Shown in pieces: positions 1-8,487 of a stretch of DNA of 34,022 nucleotides (position 1 is its first letter; each line of letters starts with the position of its first letter). This DNA comes from Gemmatimonadales bacterium (lineage in GTDB: Bacteria > Gemmatimonadota > Gemmatimonadetes > Gemmatimonadales > GWC2-71-9). The notes beneath the pieces are model-generated. The model saw nothing but the letters and a program-made list of their open reading frames with translations, searched no databases and was not told the origin of the DNA. The position numbers and the translations under genes were made by a program. The stretch spans positions 1-34,022 of the forward strand of contig JBFJHJ010000032.1 of the NCBI GenBank assembly GCA_041613315.1, given 5' to 3'.

Positions 1-1328
1 AAGATCCCGCTGTAGGAGTTGGGGTCTCGACCGTCCAACGCATAGCGGTTGTTGAGCTCCACCATGGTCTCTAGCGCCGCCCGAGGACTCGCCGACCACT
101 CGAGGATCTTCTTACCCCATAACATCCGCAGGTAGTTCTGGATCCGGCCCTCTCGCACCAGCTGGCGCTGCGCCGCGTTCCAGAGCTCATCGTGGGTCCG
201 CGCTGACGCGAACTCCTCCCCTGAATACGTGTAGGGCCGGGGGTCGTCGGCGTGGGCAGCCAGGGTGTCTTGCGCCCAGTCCGGCAGCGTCTCATACAGT
301 TCGTAGTCGGGCAGGTGGCATGTCGCGTTGAACCCCAGTTCCCGCCACGTCACCAGCTGATCCAGAAATGCCTCGGCGGCGGGACTCACGCCCCACCACC
401 CGGCCCGGGCCCCGCTCGCGTCCGCCGAAAGATCGCCGGGGGACCACCCCTCACGGTCCATCACGCGGCGGAACACCTCGTGGGCCGCGATGTGTCCGAA
501 GTGCAGGTACGGCGACAGCTCGCTCGTGCCGGCTTGGGACAGATCGTTACGCGCCTCGGCGTAGCTCCCGAGACGCCGCTCGACGAAGCGTTCGAGCACC
601 CGACCCGCGGCCGGCGCTCCGCCCGAGACGCCGACGGGCGCCGGGGCGTGAGCGATCGGGAATTGTGCGAGATCGATCGCATCGTCGAGCAGTGCGCGCT
701 CCGCCGACGGCCACCGCCCCGTGATCTCTGCGGGCATGCTGACGGGTGTGGGCAGCGGCGCCCCGCTCAGCGGATGCTCCCGCGGAAACGCGCCCAGATG
801 CCCCGGCAATTCCCGCTGCAGGAACCGCCGCAGATCGTACGCGCGTGCGAAGGCCCGTGGCGCCAGTCGGAGCGGCAGCAGTCCGTTCGAGTCCACGGCC
901 TCCACGGGCACGGGCACTCGAGCGGCGGCGGCAGCCAGCATCCGGGGCAGAAAGAAGGCCGGGTAGTCGTCGGCCACCACGAGCGCCGCCTGATCGGCCA
1001 AGGCGCGTAGCAGGCCGCTCCCCGCCCCGGCCTTCGGCTCGACGTACGGGAAATACCGCACCCGGCTGCCGGCCAATCGTCGGGCATGGGCGGCCATGCC
1101 GTCGATGATGAAACGGTGGAGACGATCCGAGGCCCACCGATACCCGCAGCGGAGCGCCTCCAAGATCACCAGGGGACGCCCCAACTCGCGGCTCCGACCG
1201 ACAGCGTGCTCCAGAGCGAAGTTCCAGTCGAGGCGCCGGAATGCCGTCATCCAGTACAGCACATATCGCCCGCGCGGGTTCACGACACGCGCGTTGAGCT
1301 GCCGCAGCCGGATGGGGGGTACGGACAC
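1..1328 (-). CDS. phr: Class II CPD (deoxyribodipyrimidine) photolyase; 3' end runs off the window
   Basis: Not in the ORF track; both ends translated by hand and fall in the same frame. N-terminus VSVPPIRLRQLN...YVLYWMTAFRRLDWNFAL; C-terminal FAD-binding motifs THDELWNAAQRQL, IQNYLRMLWGKKILEW, LNNRYALDGRDPNSYSGI. Start is GTG 1328 or in-frame TTG 1349. Confidence 0.9.
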   Translation of the reverse strand, partial: MSVPPIRLRQLNARVVNPRGRYVLYWMTAFRRLDWNFALEHAVGRSRELGRPLVILEALRCGYRWASDRLHRFIIDGMAAHARRLAGSRVRYFPYVEPKAGAGSGLLRALADQAALVVADDYPAFFLPRMLAAAAARVPVPVEAVDSNGLLPLRLAPRAFARAYDLRRFLQRELPGHLGAFPREHPLSGAPLPTPVSMPAEITGRWPSAERALLDDAIDLAQFPIAHAPAPVGVSGGAPAAGRVLERFVERRLGSYAEARNDLSQAGTSELSPYLHFGHIAAHEVFRRVMDREGWSPGDLSADASGARAGWWGVSPAAEAFLDQLVTWRELGFNATCHLPDYELYETLPDWAQDTLAAHADDPRPYTYSGEEFASARTHDELWNAAQRQLVREGRIQNYLRMLWGKKILEWSASPRAALETMVELNNRYALDGRDPNSYSGI

Positions 1329-1396
1329 CGCTTCGTCGTTGCCTTTCAAGAACCGGAACCGCGACGGCGCGATTCGGACCCACCTGCGCAACACGA

Positions 1397-1426
1397 GAGC
1401 CCGGAAACTTGGGAGTCTCCGGGCTC
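1397..1426 (-). terminator. Hairpin just downstream of the tmRNA (probable terminator or processing stem)
   Basis: Minus strand GAGCCCGGAGAC-TCCCAA-GTTTCCGGGCTC: 12-bp stem with one G-U pair, followed by a weak U-tract (TCGTGTT). Confidence 0.55.
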
Positions 1427-1436
1427 CGGGGAATCA

Positions 1437-1795
1437 TGGAGGCGCGGGGAATCGAACCCCGGTCCGAACCTCGATCCAGCTCCGCGTCTACGTGCGTAGG
1501 CTGCGCTTCAGCGTCTCTCGCGGCGGGCGCGCAGCCGGCCCACTGCAAGACGAGCTCCCGGAATCTCTCGCGCGTCGCGGGGGAACGTCGCGCCACGCCA
1601 GCCTGACTTGTCGATACCCAGCGCGCCGCCTCAGGCGGGCCGCCACGTGGGCAGGTGCGTTAAGCGAATCGCTTACGCAGCCAGAGCCAATTCTTGGTTG
1701 GCAGTTGTGCGTTTTCCCAGTGGTTTAGCCAGGGAACCGGGAGACCTGGGCACGCTGCAAAACCTTCACCAGACCCGTCGAAGCCAGTCGCCCCC
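1437..1795 (-). ncRNA. ssrA: tmRNA, one-piece; tag reading frame 1702..1673 encodes ANQELALAA*
   Basis: 5' GGGGGCGACTGGCTTCGAC; 3' GGACCGGGGTTCGATTCCCCGCGCCTCCA. Acceptor stem has the G3-U Ala determinant and discriminator A; CCA not encoded. Internal ACAACT-GCC AAC CAA GAA TTG GCT CTG GCT GCG TAA; 359 nt. Confidence 0.97.
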
Positions 1796-1813
1796 TTGTG
1801 GTCGAGCATCTTA

Positions 1814-1843
1814 AATATAGTCCCTACAGGACCTTAGGATCAA
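1814..1843 (-). promoter_or_regulatory. Sigma70-type promoter for ssrA
   Basis: TTGATC-N18-TATATT in an AT-rich patch between the GGDEF stop codon and the tmRNA 5' end. Confidence 0.65.
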
Positions 1844-1844
1844 G

Positions 1845-3284
1845 TCACGGCGTCGCGGCCGGCCCAGGCTGGGCCACTTCGACGCGGTTACGGCCCCGCG
1901 ATTTCGCTCGATACAGGGCCGCATCGGCGGCGCCGAAGAGGCTCGGCGGCTGGGAGACGGTCTCGGGCAGCCCCGCGACGCCCAGCGAGCAGGTGAGCCG
2001 CACGTCCGCTCCCCCCCACTGGAGCACCGATCGCTCCACCGCGGTGCGCACACGTTCGGCCACCTCCCGCGCCTTCGCCAGCGGCGCGCCCGGGAGCCAC
2101 AGCGCAAACTCCTCGCCACCCGTCCGGGCGGCCACGTCGTCCTCCCGGAGCGAGTCGCGCAGAATCCGCGCGAGGTGCTTGAGGGCCGTGTCCCCTGCGG
2201 CGTGTCCGAACCCGTCATTGAGACGCTTGAAGTGGTCGATGTCCACCGCCACCAGGGCGCAGACTCCGGTGCTCCACCCCGCCATCGCCCGTTCGAGACC
2301 GCGACGGTTGGCCAGGCCGGTCAGCGCGTCGGTCAGCGCTCGGTTCTCCGCCGCGCGCACGTGGGCGGCCGCGGCAAGGTGGGGGCCGGCGTCCCGGGCG
2401 AACGCCTCGATACGCTCCCGGGCCTCGAGCGCCAGCGCGTCGTGCGGGCCGAAGACCACGAGCGCACCTACCCCTTCCCGTCCGTCTCGGAGCGGAAAGG
2501 CCACGCCGCCCTCGTGGCGCCGACGGCGATCGGGGGTGGTATGGCCGAACAGCTCAGCACCGGTGGTCCCCACGACCGCCAGGTCACCGGCGCATGCCCG
2601 CCCGACGGCGGAGCCCACCGTGACGCTGCGGCCAAGCAGCCGCCGGTCCAGCCCGTTCGACACGCCGACCACGGTTGTCGTCATCGTCGCGGGATCCCGC
2701 ATCACGACCGCCGCCGCTCGTCCCGCCACGGTCCGCACCGCTTCGCACAGGGCGAAGCTCATGCCCTCGAGGGATTCCGCGCCGGTCACCAGCCAGTCGG
2801 GCAAGCTGCGCGGATCCCGGCGCACGCCGAGCCGCCCCACCCGCTCGACTCGGACCTCGGCGATCAGGCGCCGGAGATCCGTCACCGCGGCGTCGACGGC
2901 GTCCTTCCGCGGCGCCTCGAACCCGAAGATCAGCGCGCCCCCAAGCTGCCCGTCGCCTACGGCGACGATCACGTTCCCTTCCCGCAGCACGTGGGTGCGG
3001 CCGTCGCCCAACGCGAGCCGCGCCGCGGCCTCCGAGCGCTCGATCAGCGACCGCGGGGGCTCGGGCGACTCCACCGCGATCACGGTCTCCCCCTCCGGAA
3101 GGACCATGGTCGCGGCGAGGCCCCCGTGCGCCCGGCGCAGCAGGTCGACCACGTGCGGCACGTCCGCGGGCAGGGACTCCGTTCCGGCCCGCCGGAGACG
3201 GGCCCGCTGCCACGCCGCCTGGCCGACCGCGCCGACGATCGCGCCTCCGATCAGGGCGAGTCCTGCCATCTCGAGCGGTGTCAC
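1845..3284 (-). CDS. Diguanylate cyclase: N-terminal TM helix, GAF-like region, GGDEF domain
   Basis: TDALTGLANRR, DIDHFKRLNDGFGHAAGD, I-site RxxD (REDD) five residues before GGEEF, ADAALYRAK..GRN. GTG start overlaps the larB stop (GTGA). Confidence 0.92.
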   Translation of the reverse strand: MTPLEMAGLALIGGAIVGAVGQAAWQRARLRRAGTESLPADVPHVVDLLRRAHGGLAATMVLPEGETVIAVESPEPPRSLIERSEAAARLALGDGRTHVLREGNVIVAVGDGQLGGALIFGFEAPRKDAVDAAVTDLRRLIAEVRVERVGRLGVRRDPRSLPDWLVTGAESLEGMSFALCEAVRTVAGRAAAVVMRDPATMTTTVVGVSNGLDRRLLGRSVTVGSAVGRACAGDLAVVGTTGAELFGHTTPDRRRRHEGGVAFPLRDGREGVGALVVFGPHDALALEARERIEAFARDAGPHLAAAAHVRAAENRALTDALTGLANRRGLERAMAGWSTGVCALVAVDIDHFKRLNDGFGHAAGDTALKHLARILRDSLREDDVAARTGGEEFALWLPGAPLAKAREVAERVRTAVERSVLQWGGADVRLTCSLGVAGLPETVSQPPSLFGAADAALYRAKSRGRNRVEVAQPGPAATP

Positions 3285-4036
3285 GGGAGATGGTTGATGC
3301 GCGACGCGGCCGCCGCCGCGCCGAAGCCGTTATCGATGTTCACCACGACGACGCCCGCCGCGCAGGAATTGAGCATCGCCAAGAGCGCCGAGAGCCCTCC
3401 GAAGGCAGCCCCGTATCCGACGCTCGTCGGCACGGCAATGACGGGCACGCGCACCATTCCGCCGACGACGCTCGCCAGAGCGCCGTCCATCCCCGCCACG
3501 ACAATGACCACCGCGGCCAGCCGCAACGCCTCGGACCGGCGCAGCAGCCGATGGATCCCGGCCACTCCAACATCGGTCAGACGCTCGACGCGATTCCCCA
3601 TGGCGCCCGCCGTGACGGCCGCCTCCTCGGCGATCGGGAGGTCGCTGGTCCCGGCCGTGACGACCAGCACCGTCCCTCGCCCGGTCGGCGGCGGCAGCGG
3701 ATCGGGGGCGAGGTAGACGGTTCGCGCGAGCGAATTGCCCTCCGCGCGCGGGAACCGGGCGCAGACCGCCGAGCGTGCCGCCTCGTCGATCCGCGTAACG
3801 AGGAAGGTGCCGCTCGCCGTCGCGAGCGACTCGCAGATCCCCACGACCTGTTCCGGAGTCTTCCCCTGCCCGAGCACGACTTCGGGGTACCCCTGCACGA
3901 GGGGGCGCAGGTGATCCACTTGCGCGTAAGGCAACTCTTCGACCGGCAGGTGACGCAACTGATCCAGCGCGTCCGCCGGCGGCATTCCGCCGTGCGCGAC
4001 GGCCGCCAGCAGCTCGGCGAGGCGCTGCTCGCTCAC
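3281..4036 (-). CDS. larB: LarB/CpmA-family nickel-pincer cofactor carboxylase/hydrolase (AIR-carboxylase-like)
   Basis: DHLR..QGYPEVV.GQGK, AGTSDLPIAEEA, DVGVAGIHR, AGMDGALASVVGG, VPTSVGYGA, MLNSCAAGVVVVNIDNGFGAA. GTG start at 4036 overlaps the dusB TGA. Confidence 0.92.
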   Translation of the reverse strand: MSEQRLAELLAAVAHGGMPPADALDQLRHLPVEELPYAQVDHLRPLVQGYPEVVLGQGKTPEQVVGICESLATASGTFLVTRIDEAARSAVCARFPRAEGNSLARTVYLAPDPLPPPTGRGTVLVVTAGTSDLPIAEEAAVTAGAMGNRVERLTDVGVAGIHRLLRRSEALRLAAVVIVVAGMDGALASVVGGMVRVPVIAVPTSVGYGAAFGGLSALLAMLNSCAAGVVVVNIDNGFGAAAAASRINHLP

Positions 4037-5016
4037 ACGACCGCGGCGACGGGCGCGAGGTAGGCCCGGAAGATGCGTTCGACCTCCGCCATGGATTCGA
4101 TCTGATGTAGCTGGCGCCGCAGCTCGGCCGCGCCGGGCAGCCCACGCGTATACCAGCCGAGGTGCTTGCGGAACTCGATCGCGGTCCGCCGGTCGTCCCC
4201 CTGGATCTCGCGCTGCAGCTGCGCGTGTCGCCGCGCCACCGCGAAGCGCTCGGCCGCGCCGGGCGTGGCACGCGGTGCACGACCGTCGAGCAGCTCGCGG
4301 CTCTGCTGGAAGATCCACGGGTTTCCGAACGAGCCCCGAGCGATCATCACACCGTCGCAGCGCGTCTCCTGCCACATCCGATAGGCGTCGTCGGCGCTCG
4401 TGATATCGCCGTTACCGATCACCGGAATCTCCAGCGCTTCCTTGACGGCTGCGATCTCCTCCCAGCGGGCGTGGCCGCGGTACATCTGCGCTCGGGTCCG
4501 GGGATGCAAGGTCACGGCACGGGCCCCGGCATCCTGGCACCGTCGGGCGATGTCGACCGGGTGCCGAGTGGTCTCGTCCCAGCCGCTACGGATCTTCACC
4601 GTGACCGGCAGGTGGGTGGCCGCCCCTACGGCCCGCACGATGCGCTCCATCAGCGCCAGATCCTTGAGGCAACCCGACCCGCCGTTGCGCTTCACGACTT
4701 TCTTGACGGGACACCCGAAGTTGACATCGATGAAATCCGGAGCGTAGTGCACCGTGACGAGCGTGGCCGCCTCGGCCATCGCGCCGGGATCGGCACCGTA
4801 GAGCTGGATGCCGATGGGCCGTTCCTCTGGCGTGAAATACGCGCCGTCGTGGACGCTCTTGATGCCGCGTCGGAGCCCCTCACACGAGAGGAACTCCGAC
4901 ACGACGACGTCGGCGCCGAAGGCGCGGCACAGCCGCCGGAAGGGCGGCTCCGACACCCCCGCCATCGGTGCCAGGACGAGCGGCACGCGGTGCGCGACCG
5001 GATACGGGAACTCCAT
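4033..5016 (-). CDS. dusB: tRNA-dihydrouridine synthase B
   Basis: LAPMAGVS, GIQLYG, DVNFGCPVKKV, VTVKIRSGW, HPRT, NGDI, ARGSFGNPWIF, RKHLGWY. ATG 5016 chosen as start. Confidence 0.93.
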   Translation of the reverse strand: MEFPYPVAHRVPLVLAPMAGVSEPPFRRLCRAFGADVVVSEFLSCEGLRRGIKSVHDGAYFTPEERPIGIQLYGADPGAMAEAATLVTVHYAPDFIDVNFGCPVKKVVKRNGGSGCLKDLALMERIVRAVGAATHLPVTVKIRSGWDETTRHPVDIARRCQDAGARAVTLHPRTRAQMYRGHARWEEIAAVKEALEIPVIGNGDITSADDAYRMWQETRCDGVMIARGSFGNPWIFQQSRELLDGRAPRATPGAAERFAVARRHAQLQREIQGDDRRTAIEFRKHLGWYTRGLPGAAELRRQLHQIESMAEVERIFRAYLAPVAAVV

Positions 5017-5026
5017 GACCTTTGCG

Positions 5027-5055
5027 AACTTAACGCCGCCCCGACCGCCGGGCAA
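5027..5055 (-). promoter_or_regulatory. Sigma70-type promoter for dusB-larB-GGDEF
   Basis: TTGCCC-N17-TAAGTT, 10 nt before the dusB ATG. Confidence 0.55.
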
Positions 5056-5064
5056 CCGCGTCGT

Positions 5065-5094
5065 TTGACAGGCTCCGCGACGCCCGGTTAGCTT
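5065..5094 (+). promoter_or_regulatory. Sigma70-type promoter for ptsN
   Basis: Consensus TTGACA-N18-TAGCTT, back-to-back with the dusB promoter. Confidence 0.6.
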
Positions 5095-5130
5095 ACGCGC
5101 ACTTTTTCCCCCACTGGGCGATTCGCTCCC

Positions 5131-5583
5131 ATGCATCTACGCGAGTTCCTCACGGCCGATGCCGTGCAGCTCAATCTGCAGGGCGCCACCAAGGACGACA
5201 TCCTCGCTGAACTGATCGCGCTCTTCCGGCTCGACGAAAAGTCGCAGGGGGTTCTCTTCAAGATGCTGAAGCGGCGCGAGAACCTCGGCTCGACCGGCAT
5301 CGGCCGCGGGATCGCCATCCCCCATTGCCGCTCCCTGGTCGTCAACCGGCTCCGAGTCGCGTTCGGCCGCAAGCCGGAAGGCGTGGACTTCAAGGCGATC
5401 GACGACAAGCCCGTGCACGTCTTCTTCCTGATCGTCGCGCCACCCCTCGAGATCTCCAACCAGTACCTGCCGGTGTTAGGGAAGATCGCCCAGTTTGCCA
5501 AGGACCCGGACGTGCCCAAGCGGCTGGCACAGATCGGCTCGGCCGAGGAGTTCTTCGCGATGCTGGACGAAAAACAGGTCTAA
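5131..5583 (+). CDS. ptsN: PTS IIA component, nitrogen-regulatory/fructose-type
   Basis: RENLGSTGIGRGIAIPH (phospho-His), GVDFKAIDDKPVHVFFL; 150 aa stand-alone EIIA. Confidence 0.88.
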   Translation: MHLREFLTADAVQLNLQGATKDDILAELIALFRLDEKSQGVLFKMLKRRENLGSTGIGRGIAIPHCRSLVVNRLRVAFGRKPEGVDFKAIDDKPVHVFFLIVAPPLEISNQYLPVLGKIAQFAKDPDVPKRLAQIGSAEEFFAMLDEKQV

Positions 5584-5618
5584 CGAGGGGGGGTGGGCCC
5601 GGGTGGGTGGCCGGCGAC

Positions 5619-7178
5619 CTACTCCCACTCGATCGTGGCCGGCGGCTTGGAGCTGACGTCGTAGACCACTCGGTTCACGCCATCCACTTCATTGATGATG
5701 CGGTTTGCGGCCCGGCCGATCACCTCGGCTGGGAAGGGGTACCAGTCGGCGGTCATGCCGTCGCTGCTCGTGACCGCCCGGAGCGCAACGACGTTCTCGT
5801 AGGTGCGAGCATCCCCCATGACGCCGACGGCTTGCACCGGTAGGAGCACCGCGAACGCCTGCCAGATGTCGTCGTACAGGCCAGCGCCCCGGATCTCCTC
5901 GAGGTAGATCGCGTCCGCCGCCCGGAGGGTCCGCAACGCGTCGCGCGTGACCGGCCCTAACACACGGATCGCGAGGCCCGGGCCGGGGAACGGATGCCGG
6001 CCGACGATCTCCTCCGCGAGGCCCAGCTCGCGCCCCACCTGCCGGACTTCGTCCTTGAACAACTCCCGCAGTGGTTCGATGAGGTCGAACGGGAGGTCGG
6101 GCCGCAGGCCGCCCACATTATGGTGGGTCTTGATCGTCGCGGACGGGCCGCCGCGCGGGGAGACGGACTCGATCACGTCCGGATAGAGTGTGCCCTGGAC
6201 CAGAAACCGCACGCCCCGGCCCACCTCCTGCGCCGCCTCCTCGAACACGTCAATGAACGTGTGCCCGATGATCCGCCGCTTCTCCTCGGGGTCCGCCACC
6301 CCGGCCAGCCGCTCCAGGAAACGATCCGCCGCCTGCACGACGCGGAGGTCCATGTGCAGGTGGGTGCGAAACACGCTTTCCACCTGCTCGCGCTCGTGCT
6401 GCCGGAGGAGTCCGTGGTCCACGAAGATGCACGTCAGCCGGTCACCGAGCGCGCGATGCACGAGGACCGCCGCCACGGCGGAATCCACCCCGCCGGAGAG
6501 CCCGCAGATCGCCCGTCCGGACGCGCCCACGCGGCGGCGGACGACCTCCACTTCCTCGGCAATGAAGTGGCCGGCCGTCCACGTGGGTTCGCAGGCGCAG
6601 ACCGAGAACAGGAAGTTCCGGAGCAGTTCCCCACCCCGCGGGGTGTGGGCGACCTCCGGATGGAACTGGAGGCCGAAGAGCCGGCGCGTACCGTCGGCAA
6701 TCGCGGCGATGGGGCTGTTCCCGCTTGCGGCCGAGAGCGTGAACCCGTCAGGGAGCGCCGTGACGCGGTCGCCGTGGCTCATCCAGACGGCCGTCCGCTC
6801 TCCCTCCCGGAAGCCGGCGAAGAGACCGTCAGGGTTGCGCACTTCGATCTCGGCGCGACCGTATTCTCGCCGCCCGGCGGCCTCGACCGACCCCCCCGCG
6901 CCGACTGCCACGAGATACATCCCGTAACACACGCCCAACACGGGGATGCCCTGCGCCAGCACCGCCGGGTCGAGCTGCGGCGCGTCGGCATCGTACACGG
7001 AGCTCGGCCCACCGGAGAGGATGATCCCCTTGGGCCGCGGCTCGTCCAGGTCCGCAAGCGCGGCCAGCGGAGGTCGAATCTCGCAGTACACATGCGCCTC
7101 GCGGACGCGCCGTGCGATCAGCTGGGTGTATTGCGAGCCATAGTCAAGGATGAGGATCCCGTTCGCGAGATCGGTCAT
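5619..7178 (-). CDS. guaA: GMP synthase (glutamine-hydrolysing)
   Basis: [62 protein letters not shown]. Confidence 0.98.
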   Translation of the reverse strand: MTDLANGILILDYGSQYTQLIARRVREAHVYCEIRPPLAALADLDEPRPKGIILSGGPSSVYDADAPQLDPAVLAQGIPVLGVCYGMYLVAVGAGGSVEAAGRREYGRAEIEVRNPDGLFAGFREGERTAVWMSHGDRVTALPDGFTLSAASGNSPIAAIADGTRRLFGLQFHPEVAHTPRGGELLRNFLFSVCACEPTWTAGHFIAEEVEVVRRRVGASGRAICGLSGGVDSAVAAVLVHRALGDRLTCIFVDHGLLRQHEREQVESVFRTHLHMDLRVVQAADRFLERLAGVADPEEKRRIIGHTFIDVFEEAAQEVGRGVRFLVQGTLYPDVIESVSPRGGPSATIKTHHNVGGLRPDLPFDLIEPLRELFKDEVRQVGRELGLAEEIVGRHPFPGPGLAIRVLGPVTRDALRTLRAADAIYLEEIRGAGLYDDIWQAFAVLLPVQAVGVMGDARTYENVVALRAVTSSDGMTADWYPFPAEVIGRAANRIINEVDGVNRVVYDVSSKPPATIEWE

Positions 7179-7221
7179 CGGTGCGCCTCTCCGTTGGGCC
7201 CACCACTTCCCGACGAGAGCG

Positions 7222-8487
7222 TCACGCTGACACCCAGTCCGTGATGGCGTCGAGCGTCCGTTCGCCCCGCATCAGGTCCTCGAGCACCTCCCGCTGCCGG
7301 ATCACCGCCCAGCGGCCGCCGTCCACCAGCACCTCCGCCGGCCGCGGCCGCGAGTTGTACGTGGAGCTCATGGAGAAGCCGTACGCGCCCGTCCCGAGAA
7401 TGGCGAGTAGCGCGCCCGGCGCCGCGTCCGGCAGCGTCCGGCCGCGAGCCAGCACATCGCCCGTTTCGCAAATCGGCCCCACGACATCCACCGGCTCGTC
7501 GCCGGCGTCGGTCCCACCCGCTCCGTCCACGACCCGCACGTCGTGCGCAGCTCCGTACAGGCTCGGTCGCACGAAGTCGCTCATGCCCGCGTCCACGATC
7601 ACGAAGTGCCGTCCGCCCGAGCACTTTCGGTAGAGGCATCGCGTGAGCAGCATGCCCGCGGGCCCGACGAGGTACCGCCCGGGCTCCACGGCGAGCGGCA
7701 GACCGGTGGCTTCCGCCAGGGGTCGAACGGCTGCGACAAACTCCTCGGGGTCGAGCGGCCGCTCGTCGAGGTAACGCACGCCAAGCCCACCGCCGACGTC
7801 CACCGATGTGAGCGTCGTGATGCCGCGCGCGCGGAGTCGCTCCACCAGATCCGCCAGCCGCGCCGCGCCGGCACGGTAGTGTGCGGCGTCCAGGATCTGG
7901 GACCCGATGTGCATCCCGATGCTCACGAGCGTGACGCCCGGCTCACGCGCGGCCCACTCGGCGAGCGGTTCTACCTCGTCGAGCGGCACACCGAACTTCA
8001 TCCCCTTCTGGCCGGTCTGGGTGAACGGATGGGTGTGCGTCGTGACGTCGGGATTCACGCGGATACCGGCGGGCACTGTGCGGCTCCGCGCCGTCGCCAG
8101 CGCCGCCAGGGTGTGGAATTCCGCGGACGACTCCACGTGGATGAGCGCCACGGCGGCGTCGAGCGCCGCCGCCAACTCGTCCGGCCGCTTCCCGACGCCA
8201 CTGAACACGATGTCCGGCGCCGCAAAGCCGGCGCGCTTGGCCCGCACCAGTTCACCGACCGATACGATATCGGCGCCGCCCCCCAATGCCCGGATGATGC
8301 CCAGGATGGCCAGGCTACTGTTCGCCTTCACGGAGTAGAAGATGCGATGGGGGATCCCGGCCAGCGCAGCCGACAGGACGCGATAGCGCTCGCGCACCAC
8401 CGCGGCATCGTACACGTAGACCGGCGTGCCCACCGCGCGGGCAATCCGGTCGAGCAGCGGTGGGGGGATCAATACGCCTTCGCCCAC
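7222..8487 (-). CDS. lysA: Diaminopimelate decarboxylase
   Basis: TPVYVYD, YSVKANS (PLP lysine), [40 protein letters not shown]. Start GTG 8487 or TTG 8472, overlapping the proS end. Confidence 0.95.
   Translation of the reverse strand: MGEGVLIPPPLLDRIARAVGTPVYVYDAAVVRERYRVLSAALAGIPHRIFYSVKANSSLAILGIIRALGGGADIVSVGELVRAKRAGFAAPDIVFSGVGKRPDELAAALDAAVALIHVESSAEFHTLAALATARSRTVPAGIRVNPDVTTHTHPFTQTGQKGMKFGVPLDEVEPLAEWAAREPGVTLVSIGMHIGSQILDAAHYRAGAARLADLVERLRARGITTLTSVDVGGGLGVRYLDERPLDPEEFVAAVRPLAEATGLPLAVEPGRYLVGPAGMLLTRCLYRKCSGGRHFVIVDAGMSDFVRPSLYGAAHDVRVVDGAGGTDAGDEPVDVVGPICETGDVLARGRTLPDAAPGALLAILGTGAYGFSMSSTYNSRPRPAEVLVDGGRWAVIRQREVLEDLMRGERTLDAITDWVSA

Noticed and set aside
1330..1436. Possible genomic island integrated at ssrA
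   Set aside because: No integrase, no duplicated ssrA 3' end and no obvious composition shift inside the window.
1437..1470. tRNA-like T-arm (GGTTCGATTCC) suggesting a tRNA gene
   Set aside because: It is the 3' tRNA-like domain of the tmRNA and pairs with the 5' end at 1795; there is no anticodon arm.
252..1596. ORF-track calls 252-1010(+), 547-1596(-) and 1096-1728(+)
   Set aside because: They overlap the photolyase frame and the tmRNA and are Arg/Pro-rich off-frame translations.
7179..7221. Purine riboswitch upstream of guaA
   Set aside because: The spacer is only 43 bp and has no aptamer motif.
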